A stretch of 64,000 bases of DNA, from IMG/VR virus record IMGVR_UViG_3300044981_000204, positions 32,001 to 96,000 of that record; one strand, 5' to 3'. Positions 9,101 through 19,000 of this stretch are shown here, one piece after another (position 1 is the stretch's first letter; each line of letters opens with the position of its first letter). A program made the translations under genes and the position numbers. The notes under the pieces were generated by a model, which saw only the letters and a list, made by a program, of their open reading frames with translations, did no database searches and was not told the DNA's origin. This stretch comes from a virus.

Positions 9101-10579
9101 CTCGAGCTCCAGCAGGCGGAGTTCGACGAGTGGCAGCGGCTGCAGGAGCAGAAGAAGCAGAAGCTGGAGGAGCTGCGCGGGTTCTCGGGCAACATCTTCG
9201 ACATCGTCACCTCGAGGACCCCTGACAGGGCGCGGCAGGCCAGGGACTATGCCATCGGGCTGGGCAAGGGCGTGGGGCGGACGGTGTTCCAGAACCTTTC
9301 TGTTGAGACGTTTAAGAACGTGGGCGGTATGCTGGGGAACGTGATACCCCAAGGCACGCAAGGTCACCCGAACTTCATCGCTAAGCTACTCGGCGGTACT
9401 CCGTTCGCTAAGCAGTACGACCCACAAGCTCAGCTGGCGAAGGCCACGATAGATAGTACTTCTGCTGAACAGGACCTGACGAAGGCCATTCAGAGCTTGG
9501 ATGAGGCGGTGAGGAGCGTGGGTGGGCTTCCTGGAGGAGTCCCAGGATCGGGATCGACCGGTTCGGGCCTATCGTTCGTTCCCGGCGTTGGGACGTTCAT
9601 GAACGCAATCAGCGCTGGAGGAGGTGTGCCGGCCATGTCTGCAGTTCCGGGGTTGGGATCCTTTATGTCTGTCGCATCTACAGCGGGTTCCTTGGCCAGG
9701 GTACTGCAGGGTTCTGGCGGTAGTGGGTCGACTTCCGGCTTATCGCTTGTTCCAGGAATCGGCACATTGATGGACTTAGCTAGCTCAGGGACTAGCTCTG
9801 GAGGGGGAGCTCCGGCTGATGCAATAGTTTCTTCCGGCATATTGGGGAATAAGGGTGGTGGAATGGGTAAGGTCGCCGGCATAGGGATGGCGGCAGGCGG
9901 GGCCTACCAGGCGATCACCGGATTTAAGAAGGGTGGGGTTGGGGGCATATCTAGCGGCATAGGAGGAGTACTATCTTCGGCGGCAGGAATAACGGCCATG
10001 ATACCCGGGGCCCAGATAGCTGCGCCATTCCTCATGGCGGGATCCATGATAGCGGACTTCATAGGGTCCATGTTCGGCAACTCAAGGGAGCAAAGGGCCA
10101 TCGACATACAGAAATACTCCGACCAGAGCAAGTACATCGCCCCCGTGCAGATAAATAGGGAGATGAGCGCCAGCGGCGACTTGCTCAGCTACAACAAGTA
10201 CGGGATGGCCCGCGACTCGGGCATAGGGGCGTTCCCGATACCGATCTCTCCTACGCAGTACGGCAGGACGCCGTCTAAGACGTGGGCGAACCCGAACATT
10301 CCAGAGTACTACACGATCCCGGGTCAGGTTGTTCCTCCCTCCTCGTCGGCACCCGGCGGGGTGGGGTCCTCCTACATCTCCCCCGGGCAGGTGCCGTCGA
10401 CCGTAACGGCGCCAAGTGGTGGAGGGGGCCACACCACCATCATAAACATCCCGGTCCACGCCATCGACGCAAAAGACATCATGTCTCGGTCCGCCGTCTT
10501 TGCTCAGGCCATAAACAAGGAGCTCAAGAGTGGATCAGATCTTGCCATAGGAATTACCCAGGCGGTATTCGGGGCATAG
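3197..10579 (+). CDS. Tape measure protein with N-terminal DEDDh 3'-5' exonuclease domain
   Basis: 2460 aa, helical/coiled-coil, Gly/Ala-rich hydrophobic C-terminus, canonical gene position; DTETT, AHNAAFD and AHTASAD motifs at about aa 184-341. Confidence 0.85.
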   Translation: MPLNDSFLGQITDALVNRVAEPNKLEDVTVKIREVVSSLQRSATVFDKFSAQISKDFSSAVKAAQRAPGAKPLDSREIHDAFKKLVVPLRDEVQLLSRMTRAQVTPATNTKQREFERSVRDSFVRLQARLESRESRTASRASLPEDVKSIQSQLRRSWQELQKSTTDLSRTTKKSAIGIAAVVDTETTYRKSQARLTSSMKHLENQVLQVGVQLLSYSKRTGQILNENVASYHGMHELNKKLLRDSDVLYSKQVAAAAVGQRIDWGKVRALLNVADFAVAHNAAFDKSFTQARVASAGNMPWLDSMRGVPWREIGHAGRALQSLLPAYGIRPGQAHTASADVQSLVSLLKARTEGVPHMAMLLGSQGPLNQSQRLLSVVGEQVKSLRADIETRLGRERSQYVRNAQGDLEVRPTARAQYRTPSRVIGAGNISSQIIEAIEGGIEARARRPARSTDYGTKFGSGEAPESTPGLVGTAAIGLDRHIGTINTFLRNMAILSGPAASEKLLSVITEQQSFQEGVQAHRGRGLQTKANIRTAEGLQLAMMSGVNTRLENERLGVPKNFQDPFEQSDRRMALRREQFAAQLASQPWARPTRAFGEGEVAEFVGRFGGTTPWPPGTGHRGIISSAAQMATSVGPGHPHFDALTGIITRGQMRGRAANFAQAEAEKQRAVELLAGGVPPAGGSRFGRFAKELLSGEEGSINLTRIGELLGRFKRQRGQAARAESAMGYGDRARGDIPYPTDLRAQLRRDVLDSKLKKLADGAEGAAKALKQFEAAAGGKAKEAIGRGALRDQGISSALTDKQASLDAKVAAISERRARSQAASMRRENDVREASTAKYTNLAKAELRASESYDAALARQDRLRARLGSSKAYQNITPEEKNRMLESVVRPSLMRLTRARYEATASEVTDPEQLAKLRSSVAARAAIQRFGSGSGEATYQGRVRPLEELRKEYRDRVAQSLGGRTVAQAEAEKVGRIREEQALKQKAYDEQEVGVAQKRASAEEGASRKRSENAQKVNATVGRLEEQVNQRREKSQKKQVDAEEKIHQLKVAHLKREDIASGGGGGGGAGGAGGRGQFASRTGMGMGLGFAAFAGASKGLWDLVKAATEYSARTEVMAFTTANMAKVNKLNVDEVNAEVEAIKNLNLTTQAAHTTVQKMMFAQLDLAKASKLARVAQDVAVMGGIDPSEALEKLIRGVTTGYTIQLHRMGLLISQIQTIRELKIEKRAKGEAGEPTEVEKRQALMNKVLIEGAKLTGAYEKSMLLVGGRFAYLSKEVQEAKNALGSAFLPTFNKFVTMVTGGARFVQQHGDAVAALTKQLMSLGAAAGTIGTLAFFRWLMMSGSVPIWAKVAGGVVYALTNIGLSANASSEAMKNAKDQMDALEKKIKELREERKALFKAPEKGSEWQSQVDANYQALKSASEMEVDIVKDTTRKLAAEWQKQVNDKKNAVSALANEDLFRQGFGLPPSQKPIKDVRKQIEAMDDDYFTVRGMSKKDVLAEFDRQQREKERLKQPGAAQIVNKENEKADRIKSDLLELETELTKLDLAQSERGRAGLKARKAFGTPREKIQLDYEFEIAKIKDRDKEIRKLQEDAAKGDVSAQAVLERVYSGTPGGKEGVEASLAKQGIAVDEAAKNRDIELGKLTAQTNAHIKQIQSQTAIERILGQVVQGNYTSEQNAVEQVFNARKKLLDSIKETIGVDEYRKQLEEAEAERAKSLLDVEKRRRDANRERTLDEAKYPADRGAQDIMEGPRSAEVATHLAFDLKRQAAALDLDEERRIDRIIELNREEDEAIKQLGRDKAKMNAESRIDEFKNLQQLQSEVDRIVYGRGKGSDTQEAMAEIERNRLRAWAAASFEFTQRMGLPHTAIQGADLAESRVAAERAADVQATVDTVKRLEQHEESSRSKLQDTYQRQLQQASRVGELQAVNIADQDAAAHRAYLMRLEFIKKEFEASKQAVEDVHKRDLELQQAEFDEWQRLQEQKKQKLEELRGFSGNIFDIVTSRTPDRARQARDYAIGLGKGVGRTVFQNLSVETFKNVGGMLGNVIPQGTQGHPNFIAKLLGGTPFAKQYDPQAQLAKATIDSTSAEQDLTKAIQSLDEAVRSVGGLPGGVPGSGSTGSGLSFVPGVGTFMNAISAGGGVPAMSAVPGLGSFMSVASTAGSLARVLQGSGGSGSTSGLSLVPGIGTLMDLASSGTSSGGGAPADAIVSSGILGNKGGGMGKVAGIGMAAGGAYQAITGFKKGGVGGISSGIGGVLSSAAGITAMIPGAQIAAPFLMAGSMIADFIGSMFGNSREQRAIDIQKYSDQSKYIAPVQINREMSASGDLLSYNKYGMARDSGIGAFPIPISPTQYGRTPSKTWANPNIPEYYTIPGQVVPPSSSAPGGVGSSYISPGQVPSTVTAPSGGGGHTTIINIPVHAIDAKDIMSRSAVFAQAINKELKSGSDLAIGITQAVFGA

Positions 10580-10580
10580 C

Positions 10581-10985
10581 ATGCCAACCTTTCCAACCCT
10601 ATCTTCCGGATCCATGGTCGTGGCACCATCCCTGTCCGGCCAAGCGATCGCCATGTACCCCGCGACCCTTAGGAGCTCGTTCGTCACGAGGGTAATCAAG
10701 TTCGTCAACGACACGGAGCAGCGGTGGGTTGTGAGGGGTAGGTTGTTCTCGGCCGTGTTACAGTTACACGACCTCAATGGGTACGACACAAGCCTATTGG
10801 TGAACTTCTTCAACACGATGAGGGGTGAGTATGTCGATGCGGCGCTGACCAATGTTTTCGACATCACCATCGACGGCGTTCAGTACTTCTGGTGCGTCTT
10901 CGACCAAGACGTTTTGCAGGTGCAGGAGGAGCCAGGCCTCAAGTATTCTTTCCAAATGGCGATCAGGCAATTGAGGCCCAACTAG
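10581..10985 (+). CDS. Distal tail/minor tail protein
   Basis: Immediately follows the tape measure gene; F.N..EQRW...FF..MRG pattern is DUF2460/gpM-like. Confidence 0.55.
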   Translation: MPTFPTLSSGSMVVAPSLSGQAIAMYPATLRSSFVTRVIKFVNDTEQRWVVRGRLFSAVLQLHDLNGYDTSLLVNFFNTMRGEYVDAALTNVFDITIDGVQYFWCVFDQDVLQVQEEPGLKYSFQMAIRQLRPN

Positions 10986-10987
10986 TC

Positions 10988-11845
10988 ATGCCAACATATT
11001 TTCCTCAAATAAACAGCAATCTTATAATGACCCAGCTCCCGTACTCGACTGATCAGGGGTTTGGCACGATAGTCCAGGACGTGGAGAGTGGTCCGAGGTT
11101 CACGTACCCCATGAGGGGTGCTGGCCACTCCGGGTTTCCCACGGGGCCGCTTGGCAGGTTCAACTTGAATTTTCCGAACATAACGGACGCTGAGGTATCG
11201 ACGCTTAAGGCGTTCCACGCCTCCATGAGTGGGCGGTGGGGGGCGTTCAGGTTCCTTGACCCGGGAGGCAACTTGCTGCAGTACAGCGAGGACTTCACAC
11301 AGACATATTGGGACAAATCCAACGGGCCAGTAACCGTTGGCGGCTTGGTTGCTGATCCGCTTGGCGGAGGACAGTGCTACTCACTAACGTCTGGAGCTAG
11401 CATATCAGCTGTGCTTGGGCAAGTTGGGCCTGCCGACGGTGGGATGTCCGGGTTCATCATGTGCGTTTCGGCCTGGATACAGGTTCAGGACCCAAATCAG
11501 CTCATATTCATTGGCTTCGCGAATTCGTCGTTCGTGCTGAGGGGGGAGTACTACCGACCTACCCAGGGGGTTTGGGTGAGGATCAAGCACACGGAGGTTT
11601 TGTGGGACAACAACGCGTTCAGGGCTATCATAGGAGGGGCGCAGTCAACGTTCCAGGGAGGTAGGCAGATGTATGTCTTCGGCGCCCAGGTGGTTCCAAT
11701 GAAGGGGGAAGGAGCAAGGGTGGCGGCGCCTAGTCGCTGGGGTTATCACGCCAATTGTCGATTTGACGTGGACATGTTCGAGAGACAGGTTGGGGGACCA
11801 AATCAGAACACTCTGTCGCTTCCGGTAGTGGAGTTCAATGTTTAG
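10988..11845 (+). CDS. Distal tail protein with inserted carbohydrate-binding-like domain
   Basis: ATG at 10988 directly after the previous stop; F..M.GRWGAFRFLDP followed by an NLLQYSEDF...W motif. Confidence 0.55.
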   Translation: MPTYFPQINSNLIMTQLPYSTDQGFGTIVQDVESGPRFTYPMRGAGHSGFPTGPLGRFNLNFPNITDAEVSTLKAFHASMSGRWGAFRFLDPGGNLLQYSEDFTQTYWDKSNGPVTVGGLVADPLGGGQCYSLTSGASISAVLGQVGPADGGMSGFIMCVSAWIQVQDPNQLIFIGFANSSFVLRGEYYRPTQGVWVRIKHTEVLWDNNAFRAIIGGAQSTFQGGRQMYVFGAQVVPMKGEGARVAAPSRWGYHANCRFDVDMFERQVGGPNQNTLSLPVVEFNV

Positions 11846-11867
11846 GCTTCCTGAGCGAGGGGTCTGG

Positions 11868-11881
11868 TTCCGTGCCATAAT
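11868..11881 (+). promoter_or_regulatory. Putative extended -10 promoter
   Basis: TTCCGTGCCATAAT upstream of AAGGA RBS and ATG at 11902. Confidence 0.45.
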
Positions 11882-11901
11882 GATAAAGGAAATCACTTAA
11901 G

Positions 11902-14900
11902 ATGGCTTCAATCGGATCTATTCTTACCGCAAAAGAGCAATCTCAGACCTATCGTCCTCTTCTCCTATGTGAATTTACGTTCAAATCAGGCCGCATCCTT
12001 CGCGTGTCTACAGATCCTCTCTCTTCAACTTACTATGGGACTCCTACAGCCGGTACATATGAGTTCCAAGGAGCCCCTTGGTATCCACGTGTTTTGAATC
12101 AGGACATTGGTGCCACGCAAAGTATGAGTGATGTGGGAATTGATACTGTTCCAACTGTCACTATCGTGTTGGATGATCCTGACAAAAATTTGTACTTGAA
12201 CTGGGAGCAGAATGAGGGGTTTAAGGGGAGCACGCTTCGGCTCTATAGTACGATGTGGGACCCCACGAACAGGGCAACCGGTTCTTTCTCCAGTGATGGT
12301 TTGACCTTGATCAAATTTATCGGGATTTGCAGCAGTCCAAGCATGGACGATCGAACGTTGACCGTTTCCGTGACTTCACTGCTTAATATGACGCAATCCC
12401 AAATGCCGGCCCTGCGCATACAACCTCTCTGCTCGTGGACGTTTGCAGGAACTCCTGCGAATCAGATCGATGGTCAGAGCGATGATTCTAGTCCGTTTTT
12501 CCAATGTGGTTATGGGTACGGTGTTGGTGGGCCCGGAAATCCTTCTTCTGGTACAGCGGCATTTACCTTTTGCACGTACGATTTTGACGCTTGCATATCT
12601 AGGCTTGGTAACGCCGGCGCGCCCATACCTATTCTGCAGGATCAGTTTGGCAATCATACTGGTAGGTTCGGAGGGTTTAGGTTCGTGCCGAGCTTGAATG
12701 TTGGGCTCCAAAGACCCTATGTTTCAGGTAAATGGGAACAGATCATAAACGTAAACGCCAATGACACCAAGTATGGCGACGCGGTGCCGTTGGCCTATGG
12801 AACGACTTGGGTTACGCCTCCGGTCATGGGAGTATGGGGCGATGGCAACTACACGGGCATAGAGGTCCTACTCTCATTTGGCCAGATAAATCGCGTTAAG
12901 AAGGTGGTCGTGAACGGGCACGAGGTCGCCCAGATCGCGGACGAGTTCTCCACGCAGCCGAACAACTACCTTCCCAGCGACGCTACGGTGTCTGACTTCA
13001 AGAACGGCTTCTGGAAGACCGTCAACAATGGCCAGCGAAACGGCACCCCTAGTCCGCAACCGGGCTGGCAGAGCCTTGGGGATCCGTATGGCAGCACGTG
13101 CGCGATCTACATAGAGGTCCTTCGGCAAATAGCTTCAGAAGGGTCCCTTCCACAGGTTCAGGTGCTTGTGGAGGGCCAGCAGCTTCGGGTCTATACGAAC
13201 CCTACGACGTTCACTAAGATCTTTACGCAGAATCCTGCCTGGATCCTCTTGGACGTGCTGACGTGGGCCACGTGGCGCTACCAGGACATCGACCTCCAAT
13301 CGTTCATAGATGCTGCGCAAATCTGTGATCAGCAAATAAACTTCTTTAGGATGGACGGGATTTTCTCAAACGTTTATTCCGACTCTGGAAACCCTCCGTA
13401 TGCCAAGTACTCCGTGGGTTTTTGTATTCAGCAAAGGACCTCCATAGGGGAACTAGTCCGTGGGTTGCGCAACGCCATGAAGGCGATGTTGTTCTTCGAC
13501 TACCAATCTGGTAAGTTGAAGCTGGTCATCAAGCAGACAATAGCGTCACAGCAGCCCAATCCTATCCCCGGCTCTAACTTCAACACCCCTGTTCCATCTG
13601 TGACCGTGGCGGGCGTCTCTCAGACTGGCTATGTGGCATATAGTTTTGACGCAAGCAACATTACTAAGTCGGACGACGGTCGCCTTTCCCTGAATATCAG
13701 GCAACTGACGAACCAGGACGCTGCGAGCAAGGCGTCAGTTACGTTCCAGAACCGCGAGAACTCGTTCTCACAAGATAGCGCGACCATAGTCGACACTGAA
13801 GATGTTGCTAGGCTTGGGTTCGAGGTTGCGTCCGGCAACTTCACGGTGGTGGGACCTCAAACCTTCGACCACGTTAGACGGGTGGTTCTGACGTGGATGG
13901 CTGAGAACTACAGGGGAAATGCTCGGTTGGACTATACCGGATCTGCCATAGGTGATACTGGCGGCACGTTGATCGCTGAACTAGAGACCACAGTGAAAGC
14001 GATCCATCTTGTGGTTGGTCACATAGTGATGTTGTCCGACCTCCAGCATGGGTTGGTGAACCAGCCATTTCGCATCATTAAGGTGCAACCGTCTGTCAAC
14101 TTTGAAACGTGCAAGGTCACGATGACGTTTCACAACGACAATTGGTTTCAAGATTCATATGGTCAGGCAAACCAGCCCAAGTACTCCCGAGTCCAGACCC
14201 TGGTCACCAGACCCCCGTTTGCCTTGCGTCCCGGCATAGAGCAGCCAATAGTTGGTGACGCATACTATGGCAGGACGGACCTTGGGTTCGGGGTGCAGGA
14301 GTCGTTCACCGTAGCGGCTGACAAGAGCGTGATCGCGCAGGTTCTTGTGACCACGAAGGTCCCCGTGAACTCATTCCCAACCGCACCCGGGCGACCCAAG
14401 TTGGAGCTGGCGGGAGCGCAGGCAAGTGGTGGCGGCTACCCGCCAAGCACCACGTATTATGCGGCCTTATCAGCACTGCAGGGGGTCGGGACGTCGTCGC
14501 TAATGTCGGCGCTTTCCGACCCTGTTCCGATCACCCTCGACGGGTCCCACGGGGCCCTGAGCTTCAGCGTGCAGCACTGGCCGGACAACCCATCCGGGTA
14601 CTTCGCGTTCGCGGGGGACGACCCGTTCGACATGTCGTACCAAGCCCAATCGACCGCTAACCCCTCGTCAGTGGTGCTGACCAACAACTACAACAAAGCG
14701 TCGTGGGGACCTCCAGATGAGGCCGCGTCCAATTTTAGGTGGGAGATATTTCGCATTCGACACTCGGGAGTTTGGGGTGCCTCGGTCTTAGCAGTGTCCT
14801 CAACCACCATCCAGGTACCGGTTTTCCCGGGGTGGGGCTTCTTGAGCAACCAGTGGGCGGGTAGGGTGTTGTCTGTGCTCGGGATAGCTACAACGGACGC

Positions 14901-15996
14901 GAGTCCCGAACCGTTCGTGCCAATTGCCAACTTCCCCGTGGTGAGCAACACCTCGGATACCATGACGTTGTCTGCTGGGGATCCTACCACGTGTGTTCAG
15001 GGCGCTTCCCTAAAGGCTGGCGACGTGGTGGTCATGAGATCCTTGTTCACGTTCGGCCAGGACTCGGTAGGTAATTACTTCGAAGACCTGCTGTGGGTCA
15101 ATGCGCTAAATCCTCTCTTCGACCCGTGGCAGGTGTCAGGCGCCACGAACGCATCCCCCATCGTTCTGACCATAGCGGTTCCCACTGGTGAAGCGTTCCC
15201 ATTCTCTAATGGGGACACGGTAGTTGCGCAAGGGGTGCAGGGCAATTCGGCGGCGAATGGTGGATGGGTGGCTGCGAACGTGGATGCTGTGGCAGGAACG
15301 CTCGAGCTGTCTGGGTCAACAGGCAGCGGTGCTTATACCCTTGGAGGAACCGTTGCTAAGCAGGACAGGGGTTTGAAGCCAAACGACGAGGTCGGAGCCT
15401 TTGCGTTCATCATCGCCGGCACGGGACGTGGCACCGGGGCAAAGATCAAGTACAACACGAGCACTCGGATCTACATCTCGGGCGATTGGCCAATTGCTCC
15501 AGATTCCACCAGCCAGATAATCATCATAGAGGGAACTTCCGTGGTCGATACGCCATCGAAGCCTTTCAGCAACCAAACCCCTCAACTTGTTGTTAGTTAC
15601 GGCGTTGACGTCAGCAACTTCGAGGACGAGCCCCTCTTGGTCAGGGTCCACGTGCAGTCCCAGAATGGCACCGTAAACCCGATGCCGCTATCTCCGTTCA
15701 GGGAAATGTGGGCATTTGGTCAGGGGAGTCAGACCCTTTCGCTGACAGTGGTGTCCAATACAGTCCTTGTTGATGCTACATATGGCATCATAAATTGTGA
15801 TGCTTCGGCCGGACCATTCACAGTAACCATGCCGCCGGGCGCGTCATTCGTGGGCGAAAGTATAGTTTTGAACAAGGTTGATGCTACCGCAAACATCGTC
15901 ACCGTACAGGCCAATGGGTCCGAAACCTTCGCGTTTGGGACCAGCATGCAGCTGCAGCTGCAGGGTGACTCTGTGGCAATCTTCGGCGATCATTAG
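11902..15996 (+). CDS. Tail tip/hub (gpJ-like) protein
   Basis: 1364 aa; VPLAYG, NPAWILLDVL, IDLQSF..AA..CD motifs typical of tip attachment proteins. Confidence 0.8.
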   Translation: MASIGSILTAKEQSQTYRPLLLCEFTFKSGRILRVSTDPLSSTYYGTPTAGTYEFQGAPWYPRVLNQDIGATQSMSDVGIDTVPTVTIVLDDPDKNLYLNWEQNEGFKGSTLRLYSTMWDPTNRATGSFSSDGLTLIKFIGICSSPSMDDRTLTVSVTSLLNMTQSQMPALRIQPLCSWTFAGTPANQIDGQSDDSSPFFQCGYGYGVGGPGNPSSGTAAFTFCTYDFDACISRLGNAGAPIPILQDQFGNHTGRFGGFRFVPSLNVGLQRPYVSGKWEQIINVNANDTKYGDAVPLAYGTTWVTPPVMGVWGDGNYTGIEVLLSFGQINRVKKVVVNGHEVAQIADEFSTQPNNYLPSDATVSDFKNGFWKTVNNGQRNGTPSPQPGWQSLGDPYGSTCAIYIEVLRQIASEGSLPQVQVLVEGQQLRVYTNPTTFTKIFTQNPAWILLDVLTWATWRYQDIDLQSFIDAAQICDQQINFFRMDGIFSNVYSDSGNPPYAKYSVGFCIQQRTSIGELVRGLRNAMKAMLFFDYQSGKLKLVIKQTIASQQPNPIPGSNFNTPVPSVTVAGVSQTGYVAYSFDASNITKSDDGRLSLNIRQLTNQDAASKASVTFQNRENSFSQDSATIVDTEDVARLGFEVASGNFTVVGPQTFDHVRRVVLTWMAENYRGNARLDYTGSAIGDTGGTLIAELETTVKAIHLVVGHIVMLSDLQHGLVNQPFRIIKVQPSVNFETCKVTMTFHNDNWFQDSYGQANQPKYSRVQTLVTRPPFALRPGIEQPIVGDAYYGRTDLGFGVQESFTVAADKSVIAQVLVTTKVPVNSFPTAPGRPKLELAGAQASGGGYPPSTTYYAALSALQGVGTSSLMSALSDPVPITLDGSHGALSFSVQHWPDNPSGYFAFAGDDPFDMSYQAQSTANPSSVVLTNNYNKASWGPPDEAASNFRWEIFRIRHSGVWGASVLAVSSTTIQVPVFPGWGFLSNQWAGRVLSVLGIATTDASPEPFVPIANFPVVSNTSDTMTLSAGDPTTCVQGASLKAGDVVVMRSLFTFGQDSVGNYFEDLLWVNALNPLFDPWQVSGATNASPIVLTIAVPTGEAFPFSNGDTVVAQGVQGNSAANGGWVAANVDAVAGTLELSGSTGSGAYTLGGTVAKQDRGLKPNDEVGAFAFIIAGTGRGTGAKIKYNTSTRIYISGDWPIAPDSTSQIIIIEGTSVVDTPSKPFSNQTPQLVVSYGVDVSNFEDEPLLVRVHVQSQNGTVNPMPLSPFREMWAFGQGSQTLSLTVVSNTVLVDATYGIINCDASAGPFTVTMPPGASFVGESIVLNKVDATANIVTVQANGSETFAFGTSMQLQLQGDSVAIFGDH

Positions 15997-16004
15997 ATAG
16001 ACCC

Positions 16005-19000
16005 ATGCCTACCTTAACTCCCAACTTAGTTGTCATCGGCACCAGCGGAACCCCCTTGTCTCCTGCCTCCCCACCAGCTCCTCCCGGAGTCGTGTCTGTC
16101 GGTCCTCCTACCATAACCGTAGACAACGCCGGTCAGGTCCGACTGGACTTCAACGTCGTGTATCCTGCCATACTTGGAACAATGACGGACTTGAACGTGC
16201 GCGTGGAGATGCCATACTCGGGCAATAAGAGCGGGGACACTTCCGTCAATGTCCCGCCCCAGACTACCGTGGACGTGCAGGGACCTTACCCATTGGCCGT
16301 AGTTTTGGGGGTTGTTCAGAACCCGGTCGCGACGGTGATTGAGCCAGCACCTGCTACTCCCCAGACCTGGGCAGCTTGGTTCTACACGTCGTCCAAGGTG
16401 TATAGCAACCTTTACACTGACCCAAGCGCTGTGCTAGTGACGTTCGAGGTTGATCCAACTACCGGACTTACGGCGGGTGCCGAATGGGCCCCCAACCCCC
16501 TCAACCTACAACTAACGGTCGATCGCCAGGTGCGGGTCGGAGCGGAGCAGTGGTGGAGACCGAACCTAGCTTGGGTGGACCCAAACACCGACCCTTTGTT
16601 TAGCAACGTTGCGAAGTGGAACATCGGACTCTTGGACCCCCTCATCGGGGCACTGGACGTGGAGGACGACATCATCACGCTGGGGTCCGTGACGCCCGAC
16701 AATACCAGCTATCAGTCGGGGTGGATCAAGGTTGGGGATGGTCCAGTCGACTTCGTCCTGATGGTCCGTCCCGTGACGGCTGATGGGTTCCAAAACTCGT
16801 ATGTTCCGGGCACTACGGCGGCGATCAAGGTCACCATTGGACCGACGGCCCCGCTGCAGGATGTGTCGGGGTTCTCCGTGTCTGCCTCGTATGGCTCGTT
16901 CGATGCGACCGGGAAGACGGCATTGATCGTAGTACCGAACTTTGTGCCGCCTGCTGATGACCCGACTTGGGCCAACATCGACTTCTGGTGGCAAGACCCT
17001 TCTGGCGCCTGGAAGGTGCTCAACTCCCCCGCAGTTGGGGGAGTGGCTAGTGAGGCGGTCATTTCTCAGCTTCCCACGGCGGCGTTCTCCACCAACTTTT
17101 TAGCGGTGTCGAAGGACGCGAACGGACTGGATAGGGACGGCAATGCCTCGACCGACCCGACGATGCCACCAGCCGGCACTCCCGCGTTCGGCCCCCTGAA
17201 CATAGAACCCCCCAATGTTGCTGTTCCGCTGAGCGATGTTACTAACTTCTCGGTATCGTTCACCTATAGCGCTCCCGACAACGACGGTAAGTTCAACCTG
17301 CTCGAGGTTCCCTCATTCACGCCCCCCGTCTCAACGCAATGGGGTTGGATAGAGTTCTGGGGGACGGACGCGGGGCAATCGTGGCGAGTTTTGGGGGATC
17401 CGTCTAGTCCGGGGGCAGCGGGGGAGGCCGTGATACCGCAACTACCCTCTGCCGCGTTCAACGCCGTGTTTTTGGCGGTCTCACAGGACGTAAACGGAAA
17501 AGATAAGAATGGCAATGCTGCTACTCCCACTGGGCACTGCAACACGTCCGGCAACATGGTAGCGTGGGTCGATGGTATAACTTTTACGGCGGCGATGAAT
17601 GGAAAAACTTTCTGGATTGGTAATACTGCGTATATGGTCGCGGCGAGCGGGTTCATCGACCAGCACAACTTGACCCTGACATCTAGTCCCGGGAACCAAT
17701 CTGGTGCCAGCTGGGTATGTCCAGCGCAAGGCACGCCGTCGTTCGGCCCCCTGACCATCACGCCGCCAGGGTTAGGGAGCTTGGGTCAGGAGTTTGCGGG
17801 GGTCGTCACTGGGCAAGGCATCTCCATAGGCCCGAATCAGCCAAGGGCGGACGGGTCCTACAACCAGCCCATTACACCAACGTTCATTCCTCCCGCGAAC
17901 GACACCAGGTGGTTCTCGGTCGACATCGTGATCAAATATGCAGATGGATCTGTGTGGACTCTCGCTAGGGCGGTGCGCAACAGCGGTGAGACGTTCACCT
18001 GGAACGTGGTTGCGGGATCTCAGACAGCGCGCTTCTACTTCGTGTCGCGTAATGTTGCGGGAGACAAGAACTCTATACAGGATCCGGGGGTTACTCCCTT
18101 CGTCGACAAGGTGGTTGGTAGCACCTCGCAGCTTGACTTCAGTCAGGCTAAGCTATCGTCCTTTAACCAGAACCAATTGCGCATCAATCCGTCAACAGGC
18201 CAATTTGAGGCCTACACCATTGACTCCGCCATCATTGGGTTCCTCCAAATAGGTGGCGGAAATGCGAACGGACTCTGCAGCACCACGACCGCAAACAACA
18301 TAGTAACTAGCACGTCTGGGTCGTTCGGATCCTATATGCCGCACACCCTCCTATGGATCAGGGGGGTGAACTACGTAGTTACGGCATTCATCGATGCCGC
18401 GCACGTGATAATAGACCGCAACGCAGGAAACTCAACCAACGTCCCTTGGTCGTGGGGCATGAATCCCCAGCTCAAGGTATTCGATCGGGGAGGGTTGCAG
18501 ATAGGTTTTTGGGGGGACGACTCGTTCAACACCGGGTTCGTGGGGCTGTTCGCCGGGCGAAACGTTAGGCTCGGCGGAACCATTAGCAGCCCTATTTTGC
18601 AGGTAGACTCGGCTGGAGCGGTCACCATAAACGGTGCAACGTTCACACTCGTGCTGAACGGGGTTATGACTCAAATAAATAATCAAGCTGGATTTGGCCC
18701 CGGAGGAGGCTATGTGGGGGGCTTGGTGGTGACGCACCAAGCAACTGGATTGGCCATAGGTATAACCGGCAATTCGATGATATTTGTCGGTTCTTCTTTT
18801 GTTAGTGGAGGAACCTCCGGGTTTTTCAGGACAGGGTCTGGTTGGTCGTTGCTCATGGACCAGGTTTCCTGCTTAACGCTGGTTGGGTCGACCCTAAAGT
18901 TTCTTCAAAACATACCAGCTCCTACTACAGCAACAGGAGGTAGTGGGGTGCTCCCAACAAATCCCGTAGGATTTTTGCTATTTACTGATACCTCCGGAAA

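Noticed and set aside
3388-10459. Many antisense and alternate-frame ORFs inside the tape measure gene and other long genes
   Set aside because: These are the shadow ORFs expected in GC-rich coding DNA; they show no motifs or RBS support.
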